NCBI GenBank assembly: GCA_965226495.1
Contig: OZ245365.1
Location: 4,320,001 to 4,384,000, forward strand
Source: Candidatus Marinacidobacterales bacterium
GTDB lineage: Bacteria > Acidobacteriota > Vicinamibacteria > Marinacidobacterales > DATDRI01
DNA length: 64,000 nucleotides
Direction: 5' to 3'
Every line of letters starts with the position of its first letter. Positions within the stretch are counted from its first letter, which is position 1. Positions 37,535 through 47,195 of this stretch are shown here, in pieces. Made by a program: the position numbers and the translations under genes. The notes beneath the pieces were generated by a model. The model saw nothing but the letters and a program-made list of their open reading frames with translations. It was not told where the DNA came from and did not search any database.

Positions 37535-39790
37535 TTGCAAACTCAGCATACAGTACACAGCTTGGCTTTCTCATTATTAATAGCAACGCTTTCTGTGTCG
37601 GCCGAAGAGATCGAAATCGATGGTCCTCCCCCGCCGATCGCACCCGAAGTGATCGCGCGAGATGAAGAAGGGCGCGTCACCATGCGCGCGATCCGACTCG
37701 GCCAGCCCTTGACGTTGGACGGTCTCTTAGATGAGCCCGTCTACGAAAACGTGCCACCGGTCAACGGTTTCATCCAACAGGAGCCCAACGAGGGTGCGCC
37801 CGCCACCGAGGATACGGATCTCTGGGTGCTCTTCGACGATAAGCACATCTACATCGCGGCCCGTTGCTGGGATAGTCAGGCGGATCTCATCATGGCCAAC
37901 GAGATGCGACGGGACAACATCGCGCTGTTCCAGAACGACAACTTCGCCGTCGTTCTTGATACGTCCTACGACCGCCGCAACGCCTTCGTCTTTCACATCA
38001 ATCCTCTGGCGGGGCTCATGGATGCCCAAGTCTTCGACGAAAACTTGTTCAACCGTGACTGGAATACCGTCTGGGACGCTCGCACCGCTCGATTCGACAA
38101 AGGCTGGACTCTCGAGATCGCAGTCCCGTTCAAATCGCTTCGCTACAAAGGCTCCGGACCCCAGGTGTGGGGGATCAACGTCCGGCGCATTGTCCGCTCG
38201 AAAAACGAGATGACCCACATCACTCCAATCCCGCGCTCATGGGGGAACCGGGGTGTCATCAAAATGTCATCGGCCGCGACGCTGGTTGGATTGGAGACGC
38301 CGCAGAGCTCGCAGAACATCGAGCTCAAGCCGTACCTTCGAGGTGACGCGATGACTGATCTCGAGGCCTTGCCAGCGGTGACAAACGAAATCGACGGCGA
38401 TTGGGGTGTCGACTTCAAATACGGCCTCACCCGGAGCTTAACCTTCGACTTCACCTACAACACCGACTTTGCGGAAGTGGAAGTCGACGAGCAACAAGTC
38501 AACCTCACTCGCTTTGGCTTGTTTTTTCCCGAAAAGCGCGACTTCTTCCTGGAGGGACAGGGTATTTTCAGTTTCGGAATCGAAGGCGGGAGAGGCACTC
38601 TTCCCCCGGCCAATACGCCGGTGGTGTTCTTTAGCCGACGCATCGGTTTGCAGGATGAGCTCGCCATTCCCATCATTGGCGGCGGAAGGCTTACCGGCAC
38701 CGCCGGGCCCTACCAGATCGGCCTGCTCCAAATCCGGACCGAGGCGTTCCCCATCGTCGGGGCTCGAGAGACCGACTTCTCCGTGGTCCGGCTGAAACGC
38801 GACTTTTTTGGGCGCAGCAACGTGGGTGTCATTTTCACTCGCCGCGCGCCTCGACTCGACGGAAACAGAGAGAATCTCGTCTATGGCATCGATGCCGACC
38901 TGGGTCTGAGCTCCGATACGCGGGTCCACGCGTACTATACAAAGAGCGACACCCCCGAGCTCGACGGCATCGATGAAAGCTACCGTGTTCGTTTGAACTA
39001 TGCCGGCGATCGATACGGCGTTCAGCTCGAACGCATGCGGGTCGGTCCGGATTTCAATCCCGAAGTCGGTTTCGTCAGCCGGAGCGATTTCGACCGCCAC
39101 TTCGCGTCCGTCCGCTTCAGCCCCCGCCCACAGTGGTGGGGAGCGGTGCGCAAATTGAACTTCCAAGGATCTTTCGACTACATCACCGACACCGAGGGCA
39201 CCCTCGAGACCCGTATCGGTATCGCTGGATTCCTCGTCGACTTCGAAAATAGCGATCAATCCGAGATCTCCTACCAACGGAACCTGGAGTTCTTAGCTGA
39301 GCCCTTCGAGATCTCGGATGGCATCGTGCTTCCCGTGGGCACCTATCGTTTCCAAGAAATCTTCTATCGCTACGGGCTCGGTTTTCAACGCAAGTTGTCG
39401 GGGAATTTCTTTTTCGTGGCCGGGACGTTCTATGACGGCGAGCGCATTGGGGCCGGTTACAATGGCCGGGTGGAGCTCGCCGAACGGCTCTCCCTTGAGC
39501 CGGGTATCCAGTTCAACCGGGTCGATCTGGTGGAGGGAAACTTTACTACCGAGCTACTGACGGCGCGCGTCAACTACTCGTTTTCTCCGCGCGTCTTCCT
39601 CAGCGCCTTGCTGCAATACAATTCCACCAACGAAACCGTCGGCGCCAACCTTCGCTTTCGATGGGAGTACCAACCAGGGAGCGATCTCTTCGTTGTCTAT
39701 ACCGACGGACGAGACATTCTGACTCCCGGATTCCCACGCCTTCTCAATCGTAGCTTGGTGATCAAGCTGACGAAGCTCTTCCGGTTCTGA
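37535..39790 (+). CDS. CBM9-like/DUF5916 domain protein; tandem paralog of 35074..37332
   Basis: Same motifs, colinear; TTG start homologous to 35074. Confidence 0.82.
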   Translation: MQTQHTVHSLAFSLLIATLSVSAEEIEIDGPPPPIAPEVIARDEEGRVTMRAIRLGQPLTLDGLLDEPVYENVPPVNGFIQQEPNEGAPATEDTDLWVLFDDKHIYIAARCWDSQADLIMANEMRRDNIALFQNDNFAVVLDTSYDRRNAFVFHINPLAGLMDAQVFDENLFNRDWNTVWDARTARFDKGWTLEIAVPFKSLRYKGSGPQVWGINVRRIVRSKNEMTHITPIPRSWGNRGVIKMSSAATLVGLETPQSSQNIELKPYLRGDAMTDLEALPAVTNEIDGDWGVDFKYGLTRSLTFDFTYNTDFAEVEVDEQQVNLTRFGLFFPEKRDFFLEGQGIFSFGIEGGRGTLPPANTPVVFFSRRIGLQDELAIPIIGGGRLTGTAGPYQIGLLQIRTEAFPIVGARETDFSVVRLKRDFFGRSNVGVIFTRRAPRLDGNRENLVYGIDADLGLSSDTRVHAYYTKSDTPELDGIDESYRVRLNYAGDRYGVQLERMRVGPDFNPEVGFVSRSDFDRHFASVRFSPRPQWWGAVRKLNFQGSFDYITDTEGTLETRIGIAGFLVDFENSDQSEISYQRNLEFLAEPFEISDGIVLPVGTYRFQEIFYRYGLGFQRKLSGNFFFVAGTFYDGERIGAGYNGRVELAERLSLEPGIQFNRVDLVEGNFTTELLTARVNYSFSPRVFLSALLQYNSTNETVGANLRFRWEYQPGSDLFVVYTDGRDILTPGFPRLLNRSLVIKLTKLFRF

Positions 39791-39793
39791 ATC

Positions 39794-40366
39794 ATGTGGC
39801 GTGCGAATGCGGCGATCCTGGTTGTACTCTCCGGCTTGATCACCGCCATCGGACTCGACACCAAGCCCTGGCCCTTCAACAACTACCCGATGTTTGCTCA
39901 CATGGTCAGGTCATGGCCGGTCTATTGGACACGAGGGGACGTCGCCGCTCACCTTGCACTGATCCCCGTCGGGGTCGACGGCGACAAACCGCAGCGCGAG
40001 CACTCCTTGGAAGCCAGGCACTTGGCACCCCAAGCCACAACCGCCATGATGATGGCTTTCAACAAGATGCTCGGTAATTGGCAACCGGGGTCTATTTTTC
40101 CGGGCTCGCCGACCAAGGCTGGCGTGGCCGACGTCAGGGCGAGAGCGAAACAGAAGAAGGCGATCCTTCGCAGAGCGCTGCTCGACTTGAAGGACCGATA
40201 CAACCGGCAACGCCGGCCTGATGAGCCTCCGCTAGTCGGGGTGAGGCTCTACCTCATGAAACGCGACTACTCGAACCCCGATACCCTCTCCATGAGTGAC
40301 GCGACCGAACGGGCGCCATCCCTTCCGCACCGCGTGCTCATTTTCGAGACCATGGGTGTGCCGTGA
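39794..40366 (+). CDS. Hypothetical membrane-anchored protein, partner of HTTM-like protein
   Basis: N-terminal TM then WPFNNYPMFA; overlaps the start of the next gene. Confidence 0.65.
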   Translation: MWRANAAILVVLSGLITAIGLDTKPWPFNNYPMFAHMVRSWPVYWTRGDVAAHLALIPVGVDGDKPQREHSLEARHLAPQATTAMMMAFNKMLGNWQPGSIFPGSPTKAGVADVRARAKQKKAILRRALLDLKDRYNRQRRPDEPPLVGVRLYLMKRDYSNPDTLSMSDATERAPSLPHRVLIFETMGVP

Positions 40367-41337
40367 GTCGAGCGATGAAAGCCTGGCACGAGCTCTGGTT
40401 CCAGCCCTGGGGGCCCGAGAATCTCGGCCTCTGCCGATTGCTCGTTTCCGGGCTTTTTCTGTGGTCTCACTTGTCGTGGGATTTCACCGTCTGGACCCAC
40501 GTTTCCGATGCGTTCTGGATGCCGGTCCCCCTCTTTCACGTGCTCGGTCTAGGTCTGCCGCCGGCCTCGGTGGTAGAGCCCATTCAGCGCATCTTCTTCG
40601 TGTCGCTGTCTCTCGGCTTTATCGGCCTCTTTACGCGAACCGCTTTCGCCGTCACGTTCTTCACGTCGCTCTATCTGTTCGGATTCCGCCAATCGTTCGG
40701 CTTCGTCACGCCTGCGGTAGGACACTTCATCATCATGTTCGGGATCTTCGCGATGTCGCGGTCTGGGGATGCGTTCGCAATCGACAGCCTTGTCCGGCGG
40801 TGGCGAGGGCGCACTGACCGCCTTGCCGCGGAAGTGAAGCGAGGGGGATACTCTTGGCCGGTGCGCTTGATGCAGTTGCTCTTCGTCTCGGCGTTCTTCG
40901 CGGGTGGCGTCGCAAAGCTGCGTCTCGGCGGGCTCGAGTGGATCTTCTCGGACAACCTCGCCCTCACCGTGCAGGTCATCGACTTGGGGCCGCTCTCTCA
41001 CTGGGTCGCTGGAAAAGTGCTCCTTGGCCAAGTGCTAGCCATGTCGACCTTGACCCTGGAGCTCGTCTCCCCTTTGGCGTTCTTCAGTCGGCGCGCCAGC
41101 CTGGTCATCCTCCCGTCTCTGTTTTTCATGTTGGTGGGGTTCGCGGTGACCATGCGCGCCCTATTCCAGATCTTCTTTCTGACCTACGCGTTTTGGATCC
41201 CCTGGGATCGCTTCCTTTCGATCGCACGCGGCGAGCGCCCGGGACGCCGGAACCTCGCGCGGCTCGGGCTGCTGATGCTCCTTGGCGTGTTCGTGGGTTG
41301 GACACTCTTTTGGGGAACGTGGTTGGATGAAAGGTGA
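40363..41337 (+). CDS. HTTM-like (vitamin K-dependent carboxylase-related) membrane protein
   Basis: IGLFTR, GDAFAIDS, YSWPVRLMQL, AGGVAKLR...GLEW, TLTLEL. Confidence 0.7.
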   Translation: MSRAMKAWHELWFQPWGPENLGLCRLLVSGLFLWSHLSWDFTVWTHVSDAFWMPVPLFHVLGLGLPPASVVEPIQRIFFVSLSLGFIGLFTRTAFAVTFFTSLYLFGFRQSFGFVTPAVGHFIIMFGIFAMSRSGDAFAIDSLVRRWRGRTDRLAAEVKRGGYSWPVRLMQLLFVSAFFAGGVAKLRLGGLEWIFSDNLALTVQVIDLGPLSHWVAGKVLLGQVLAMSTLTLELVSPLAFFSRRASLVILPSLFFMLVGFAVTMRALFQIFFLTYAFWIPWDRFLSIARGERPGRRNLARLGLLMLLGVFVGWTLFWGTWLDER

Positions 41338-41392
41338 TGGTTGCCTCACTAACTTCGAGAGCGGTACGATGATGAGAGTCGTGTAGCTAGAG

Positions 41393-43978
41393 ATGCGAAA
41401 ATTCCTATTACCAGCCGTTTTGCTGCCCCTCCCTTGGCTCGCCTTCGCTCCTTTGGAAGCGGCAGGAGGTCAAACTTCCATCCAAGAATCGGCCCGCGTC
41501 GTCCTCGAGCGTAGCTGCCTTCATTGCCACGGGGGCGAGAACAATTCCGGCCTCGACATGAGACAAAGGGAGAATCTCCTGAAGGGCGGCCCTCGTGGAC
41601 CCGCCGTCGTCCCGGGCCGACCGGAGGTGAGCCTCCTTTACCTCGCCGCCGCTCACGATGACGGGACCGATCTCGAGATGCCCTTCGGCGGCGATCGATT
41701 GGCGGAAGAAGATCTCGACGTCCTTGAAGCCTGGATTCGTGCCGGCGCTCCATGGAACGACCTCGAGGCGGCCGACTACCAAGCTCCAGCTTGGTGGTCC
41801 TTCAAGCCGCCTACGCGTCCGAAAGTCCCCGACGTCGGGGAGACGGCGTGGGTAGCGAACCCGATCGATGCCTTCGTTCTCGGCGAGCTCGAGGCGGCCG
41901 AGCTTTCGCACGCTCCCGCCGCCGACCGCCGGAGCCTCATTCGGCGCGCCTATTTCGATCTGATCGGGCTTCCTCCGACACCGGAGGAGGTAGAGACCTT
42001 CGTCGACGATCCGAACGAAGACTCGTACCCTACGCTCATCAGCAAGCTCTTGGCTTCGCCTCACTACGGCGAGAGGTGGGGAAGGCACTGGCTGGACGTC
42101 GTGCGCTATGCCGACAGCACCGGATTCGAGAGCGACGAGTACTTCCCTTACGCCTGGCGGTACCGGGATTACGTGGTCAAGTCCTTCAACGAAGACAAAC
42201 CGTACGATCGGTTTCTGCAGGAACAAATCGCGGCAGACGAGATCTGGCCTGACGATCTCGACACCCAGGGCGGGTACTCGATCCCCCCTCGCAAGCTCAG
42301 GCATTTGGAGGCGCGGGTCGGTACCGGTCTCTACGCCTTCGGCCCTGTCGTGGGTGAGTCGAAGATGAACGACAAGACGTTGACTTCCGAAAACCTCACC
42401 GACTGGGTGAACGTCACCGGGGCGGCTTTCATGGGTGCGACCCTGGCGTGCGCACGCTGCCATGACCACAAGTTCGATCCTATCTCTCAGAAAGACTACT
42501 ACCGGATGCAAGCGATCTTTGCAGGTAGCCACACGGTCGACATCCCATTGTCTTCGAGGATGGCTAGTTTCTGGCGGAACTATTGGCACCCGAAGCTCAT
42601 CGACCTCGACGCAAAGCGCAAGGGCTATAAGTCGTTCGTCTCCGAGATCAAGGATCGCGCCACGGCAGTAAAGAAGAAAGAGTTTCCGCGCGAGGTTGTT
42701 GATGCTTATGAGGTCATCAAGCCCACCGCCGAGCAAGCAAAGCGGGCCGCACCTCTAAAAAAGGCCATCGACACCGTAGACCTCGAGCAATACATGTCCC
42801 CCGAGGAGCTCGAAGAAAGAGACGCTCTGAAGAATCTTCTCCTGAACGCGCTTGTCAATTTGCCGGAGAAGGAACCGGCGAATACGGTGTTCTATGAAGC
42901 TCTCTTCGACAACCCGACGGCGCGCGTTCTCGAGCGTCGCTGGCCCGAGCTGGTACCCGACATCCACGTCTTGGAGCGAGGCCAGCTGACGAACCCCATG
43001 GAGCGAGTCGATCCCGGCGTTCCCCTCGCGCTGGACGATGGCGCCATTTTCTTCGAACCGCAATCGGATTCTGTGCCTCACGTACCCCGCAGCAGGCAGA
43101 AGCTAGCCTTTTGGCTGACTCGCCCCGATCACCCGCTGACCGCTCGGGTGATGGTCAACCGCATCTGGCAATTCCACTTCGGGCAGGGTCTACTCACGAC
43201 ACCCAACGATCTGGGCCGAACCGGAGAACCGCCCAGTCACCCAGAGCTCTTGGACTGGTTGGCTACCGAATTCGTCCGGCGTGGATGGAGCATGAAAGCG
43301 ATGCACTGGCTCATCATGAACTCCAGCACGTATCGCATGACCAGCCGTTTCACCAGCGCCGAGGCGATGGAAACCGATCCCGAGAACCGCTTCCTGTGGC
43401 GCATGAATCGCCGACGGATCGAAGGAGAAGTTCTTTGGGACGCCGTCCATTCTGTGGCCGGGACGCTCGACTTGAAGATGGGAGGACGGCCGGTAATGCC
43501 GTCCTTGAGCGAAGAGGAGCTCTCTAGCCTGACCGATAACGGATTCTGGTTGCCCGTCGATGCTTCCGGACCGCCGCGGCGAGGTATCTACATTCTCAAT
43601 CGGAGGGGCTTCCAATTCCCCTTGTTCGCCAAGTTCGATCACCCGGAAAACGCCCTGAGCTGCCCCCGGAGAGACGTCACGACGGTCGCACCCCAGGCCT
43701 TGTGGTTGATGAACAACCGAACCGCGTACCATCAGGCCGAGCAATTCGCGACCCGTCTTGTGGAAGAAAAAGGCGACGATCCGGGCGACCGAGTGACACG
43801 GGCTTGGAAGCTCGCGCTGGGACGCGGTCCGACCGCCGAGGAGACCGACGAAGCACTCGCCCTTCTCGACGAGCTGGCAGGCGCCGCCGGAACCAACGGA
43901 GACGAACTGAGGGCTCAAGCGTTGACCGAGCTTTGCCTGGCTGTTTTCAACCTGAACGAGTTCGTTTACATTGACTGA
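41393..43978 (+). CDS. Planctomycete cytochrome c + DUF1549 + DUF1553 (PSD1) protein
   Basis: CLHCH, NPIDAFV, YGERWGRHWLDVVRYADS, CARCHDHKFDPI, PLTARVMVNRIWQFHFG, PSHPELLDWLA. Confidence 0.93.
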   Translation: MRKFLLPAVLLPLPWLAFAPLEAAGGQTSIQESARVVLERSCLHCHGGENNSGLDMRQRENLLKGGPRGPAVVPGRPEVSLLYLAAAHDDGTDLEMPFGGDRLAEEDLDVLEAWIRAGAPWNDLEAADYQAPAWWSFKPPTRPKVPDVGETAWVANPIDAFVLGELEAAELSHAPAADRRSLIRRAYFDLIGLPPTPEEVETFVDDPNEDSYPTLISKLLASPHYGERWGRHWLDVVRYADSTGFESDEYFPYAWRYRDYVVKSFNEDKPYDRFLQEQIAADEIWPDDLDTQGGYSIPPRKLRHLEARVGTGLYAFGPVVGESKMNDKTLTSENLTDWVNVTGAAFMGATLACARCHDHKFDPISQKDYYRMQAIFAGSHTVDIPLSSRMASFWRNYWHPKLIDLDAKRKGYKSFVSEIKDRATAVKKKEFPREVVDAYEVIKPTAEQAKRAAPLKKAIDTVDLEQYMSPEELEERDALKNLLLNALVNLPEKEPANTVFYEALFDNPTARVLERRWPELVPDIHVLERGQLTNPMERVDPGVPLALDDGAIFFEPQSDSVPHVPRSRQKLAFWLTRPDHPLTARVMVNRIWQFHFGQGLLTTPNDLGRTGEPPSHPELLDWLATEFVRRGWSMKAMHWLIMNSSTYRMTSRFTSAEAMETDPENRFLWRMNRRRIEGEVLWDAVHSVAGTLDLKMGGRPVMPSLSEEELSSLTDNGFWLPVDASGPPRRGIYILNRRGFQFPLFAKFDHPENALSCPRRDVTTVAPQALWLMNNRTAYHQAEQFATRLVEEKGDDPGDRVTRAWKLALGRGPTAEETDEALALLDELAGAAGTNGDELRAQALTELCLAVFNLNEFVYID

Positions 43979-45455
43979 GAGGCTTTCGATGAACCCCTTC
44001 GCCTGTGGCCGTGAGGTCAGAGTTAAAAACCGCCGCGAATTCTTGACCCAATCGGCCTTTGGATTCGGGGCACTGGCGCTCGGCCATTTGCTAGATCGCG
44101 ACGGGCTCGACTCCGCTTGGGCCGGGCAGGACGCGGTTTCGAGCATCAACCCGCTCGGTCCTCGACCACCACACTTCCCCGCCAAGGCGAAGTCGGTGAT
44201 TTTCATCTTCTTGCGTGGCGGCTTGAGCCAAGTGGACAGCTTCGACCCCAAGCCCGCTTTGGAACGCTTCGATGGCCACCCGCTTCCGGACAGCTTCCGC
44301 TCCGACAACCTGAACGCCCAATTCATCAAGATATCCGAAGCGAAATTGATGGCGCCCTCTTTCTCCTTCCGCCAGCACGGCGAGTCGGGTCTCCCCATCT
44401 CGGATCTATTCCCCGCCCTCACCGCACACGCCGACGATCTCGCGGTCATCCGATCCTGCTATCACGACGCGTTCCTTCATGGACCCGCCACCACTTGGCT
44501 CAACACCGGATCGATTCAGCTCGGCCACCCGAGTGCCGGGGCCTGGGTGCTCTACGGGCTGGGTGCGGAGACGGACAACCTCCCCGCCTACGTGGTGATG
44601 ACGGATTCCGGCCTAAGAGTTCCACTTCCCGCCGATATGTATGGCTCAGGATTCCTCCCCGCCGTTTACCAGGGCACGCGCGTCGAGACGGAAGGCGCGC
44701 CGTTCGAGAACCTCACTCCGCCTCCCGCGATCGGGGCGACCCGGCAACGGACGATCCTGGATCAAGTGCAGGCGTGGAACCGAAGGCACCTCGAAGGCCG
44801 CGAAGATGACACCCGCCTCGAGGCGCGCATTGCCAGCTACGAGTTGGCCTTCCGCATGCAAACCGGGGCGCCGGAGCTGGTAGACGTGTCCAAAGAGTCG
44901 CTCGCGGTCCGTGAGAGGTACGGGCTCGACCACGAAGTTACCTCCCAGTTCGGAAACATGTGCTTGCTTGCTCGTCGCATGGTGGAACGTGGGGTCCGGT
45001 TCGTGCAGCTCTTCAGCAACGACTGGGACGGCCACGAGCAGTGCCCGAAAAACCACCAAGAGAGCTCCGACAAAATTGACCGCCCGGTGGCCGGACTGCT
45101 CGCCGACTTGAAGGAACGAGGGTTGCTAGAAAGCACGCTCGTTGTTTGTGCCGGAGAGTTCGGGCGCACACCGGTGATGCAAGGAACTCGAGGAAGGGAC
45201 CATAACCCCTACGGCTTTACGATTTGGATGGCCGGCGGAGGGGTCCAAGGTGGCAAGGTGATCGGAGCGACCGACGAGCTCGGATTTCTCGCCGTCGAGG
45301 ACAAGGTCCATGTGCGCGACATCCACGCCACCATGCTTTCCCTGCTGGGTCTCGATCACGAGCGGCTCACGTTCCGGGTCCACGGCCTCGAGGAGAAGCT
45401 CACCGGAGTCGAGAAGGTGGAGAACAACCTCTACCCGAAGCTGACAAAGGCATGA
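43971..45455 (+). CDS. DUF1501 domain protein (Tat-exported)
   Basis: NRREFL Tat motif; AKAKSVIFIFLRGGLSQVDSFDPKP; GEFGRTP; GRDHNP; start may be 43989. Confidence 0.92.
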   Translation: MTERLSMNPFACGREVRVKNRREFLTQSAFGFGALALGHLLDRDGLDSAWAGQDAVSSINPLGPRPPHFPAKAKSVIFIFLRGGLSQVDSFDPKPALERFDGHPLPDSFRSDNLNAQFIKISEAKLMAPSFSFRQHGESGLPISDLFPALTAHADDLAVIRSCYHDAFLHGPATTWLNTGSIQLGHPSAGAWVLYGLGAETDNLPAYVVMTDSGLRVPLPADMYGSGFLPAVYQGTRVETEGAPFENLTPPPAIGATRQRTILDQVQAWNRRHLEGREDDTRLEARIASYELAFRMQTGAPELVDVSKESLAVRERYGLDHEVTSQFGNMCLLARRMVERGVRFVQLFSNDWDGHEQCPKNHQESSDKIDRPVAGLLADLKERGLLESTLVVCAGEFGRTPVMQGTRGRDHNPYGFTIWMAGGGVQGGKVIGATDELGFLAVEDKVHVRDIHATMLSLLGLDHERLTFRVHGLEEKLTGVEKVENNLYPKLTKA

Positions 45456-45940
45456 TGAAAAGCGTTTTTCTCTTGATGGCGTTGGTCGCGGCAGCGCCGG
45501 GTTATGAAGGCTATGTAGGAAGGCTCGACCTGCGAACCGAGCTTCGGACCCCCGACGGCATCGAGATCCCCACCGGTCCCATCGATGTGGAGGTGCGGCA
45601 AGAAGCGGAGCACTATCTGCTTTTCTTGAAGCGGGGCGACAAACTCTTGGCGGTCCTAAACGGGCGAGTGGCGGGCGAAAACGACTCCGAGGTCGTGGTC
45701 CCTTTCATGGGCACGACCTTCCTCCGGCCGAAGGACCAAGTCATCGGCACCGAAGAAGAGCGACGGTTCAGCAAATCCGGACGCCCACTGTACGAGGAGG
45801 ATACGCGCGAGTGGAAGGCGACTCTCCGCGGCTATCGCTCGAAGGCGACGGATGGCAAGACCGTTTGGTTAGTCTTCCAAGAGCGCGGCGCGACGCACGG
45901 CGACTGGACCGTCGTCCGCTTTCCCTTAACGCTAGATTGA
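45452..45940 (+). CDS. Hypothetical secreted protein
   Basis: ATGA overlap with the DUF1501 stop; short signal-like N-terminus. Confidence 0.6.
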   Translation: MMKSVFLLMALVAAAPGYEGYVGRLDLRTELRTPDGIEIPTGPIDVEVRQEAEHYLLFLKRGDKLLAVLNGRVAGENDSEVVVPFMGTTFLRPKDQVIGTEEERRFSKSGRPLYEEDTREWKATLRGYRSKATDGKTVWLVFQERGATHGDWTVVRFPLTLD

Positions 45941-46025
45941 ATCGAGGCCCTGGGGGTGTCGAAAAGTAACAGAAAATCTCGTCCGGACGAGATTTTCAAA
46001 GTGGTCAGACGCCGAGTGAGGGGAC

Positions 46026-46986
46026 ATGGCTCTTAACGCCGGTGACCGTCTCGGACCAACTATTCTTGGTATGACGAGGCTCACGAGCAAATCTGCCTCG
46101 TCACTCGAACTACCCCTCTCCCTTCTGGGGAGAGGGATTGGGTGAGGGGTCATGGCCCTTAGCGCTGGTACCAAGCTGGGCCCCTACGAAATTCTTGCAC
46201 CGATCGGTGCGGGTGGAATGGGCGAAGTCTATCGCGCCCAAGCGCCGCGCGAATCGGCAAGGGCGCGCTTCCTCTGGACCAAGCGCTCCAGTACGGAATC
46301 GAAATCGCTGACGCGTTAGACAAGGCCCATCGTCAAGGCGTCGTGCACCGGGATCTGAAGCCCGGAAACATCATGCTCACGAAGTCCGGTGCCAAGCTTC
46401 TGGATTTCGGCCTCGCGAAACTGGAAGTGGCGGGATCGGGACCCGATCTCTCGACGCTCCCCACCCAGCAAAAATCGCTGACGCAAGCTGGGGCCATTCT
46501 GGGAACGTTCCAGTACATGGCGCCCGAGCAGTTGGAAGGCAACGAAGCCGATGCACGCACCGATATCTTCGCTTTCGGATCGGTGCTCTATGAGATGGTG
46601 ACCGGGCGGCGAGCGTTCGAGGGAAAAAGCCAAGCGAGCCTCATCGCGGCGATTCTAGAGCGCGAGCCCCCGGCGATGTCGACTCTCCAAACGATGACGC
46701 CACCGTTTGGATCCTTGGCGGTAGCCATCTCGCGTTTGCGTCCCAAAGGACGGCTCTGTCTTCCATCGCTGCCGACGGGAGCGCCGGGGAATCAGAGCCT
46801 CTTTTGACCGATGCCAGTCCCAAGTGGCCCCGCGCTTGGTCGCCCCAGTCCCAGGAGCTCTTGTATGATCGGCCCAATCCCGAGTTTGATGCCGACATAC
46901 TAGCCGTCCAAATCAGTGGGAACCGTGAACCTCACGTCGTCGTACAAGCAAAAGGTGACGATGGTCTAAGTTCTCTTTCGTCCTAA
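46026..46986 (+). pseudogene. Degraded Ser/Thr kinase (kinase + PD40/TolB-like remnants)
   Basis: Stub MALNAGDRLGP at 46026; [29 protein letters not shown] at 46152; deletion; HRDLKPGN-DFG-YMAPEQ at 46343-46700; WSPQSQELLY fragment. Confidence 0.85.
46113..46149. repeat. CCCTCTCCC-GGGAGAGGG palindromic repeat (same family as 17793-17893)
   Basis: cccctctcccttctggggagagggattgggtgagggg. Confidence 0.8.
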
Positions 46987-47195
46987 TCAAAAAATCACTT
47001 GACAAGTTCTGTGATACAAAAACAAGAAGTACGCAGCCGTTAGCACAAATACCATCAGGAACTGCACACACGCTATCTCCCATCCTTTCTCCACAACTTT
47101 AGAATTTTCTTCAACCGTGCACGTTTGCAAGTCATTCCATACCAGTGAGGCCTACAAAAAAGTCGTTGCTATATTACAAAGAGGGAGCAACGGCC

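Noticed and set aside
41393-45455. DUF1549/DUF1553-DUF1501 pair as a novel system
   Set aside because: Function unknown, but the pair is already well known and abundant in Planctomycetota, Verrucomicrobiota and Acidobacteriota
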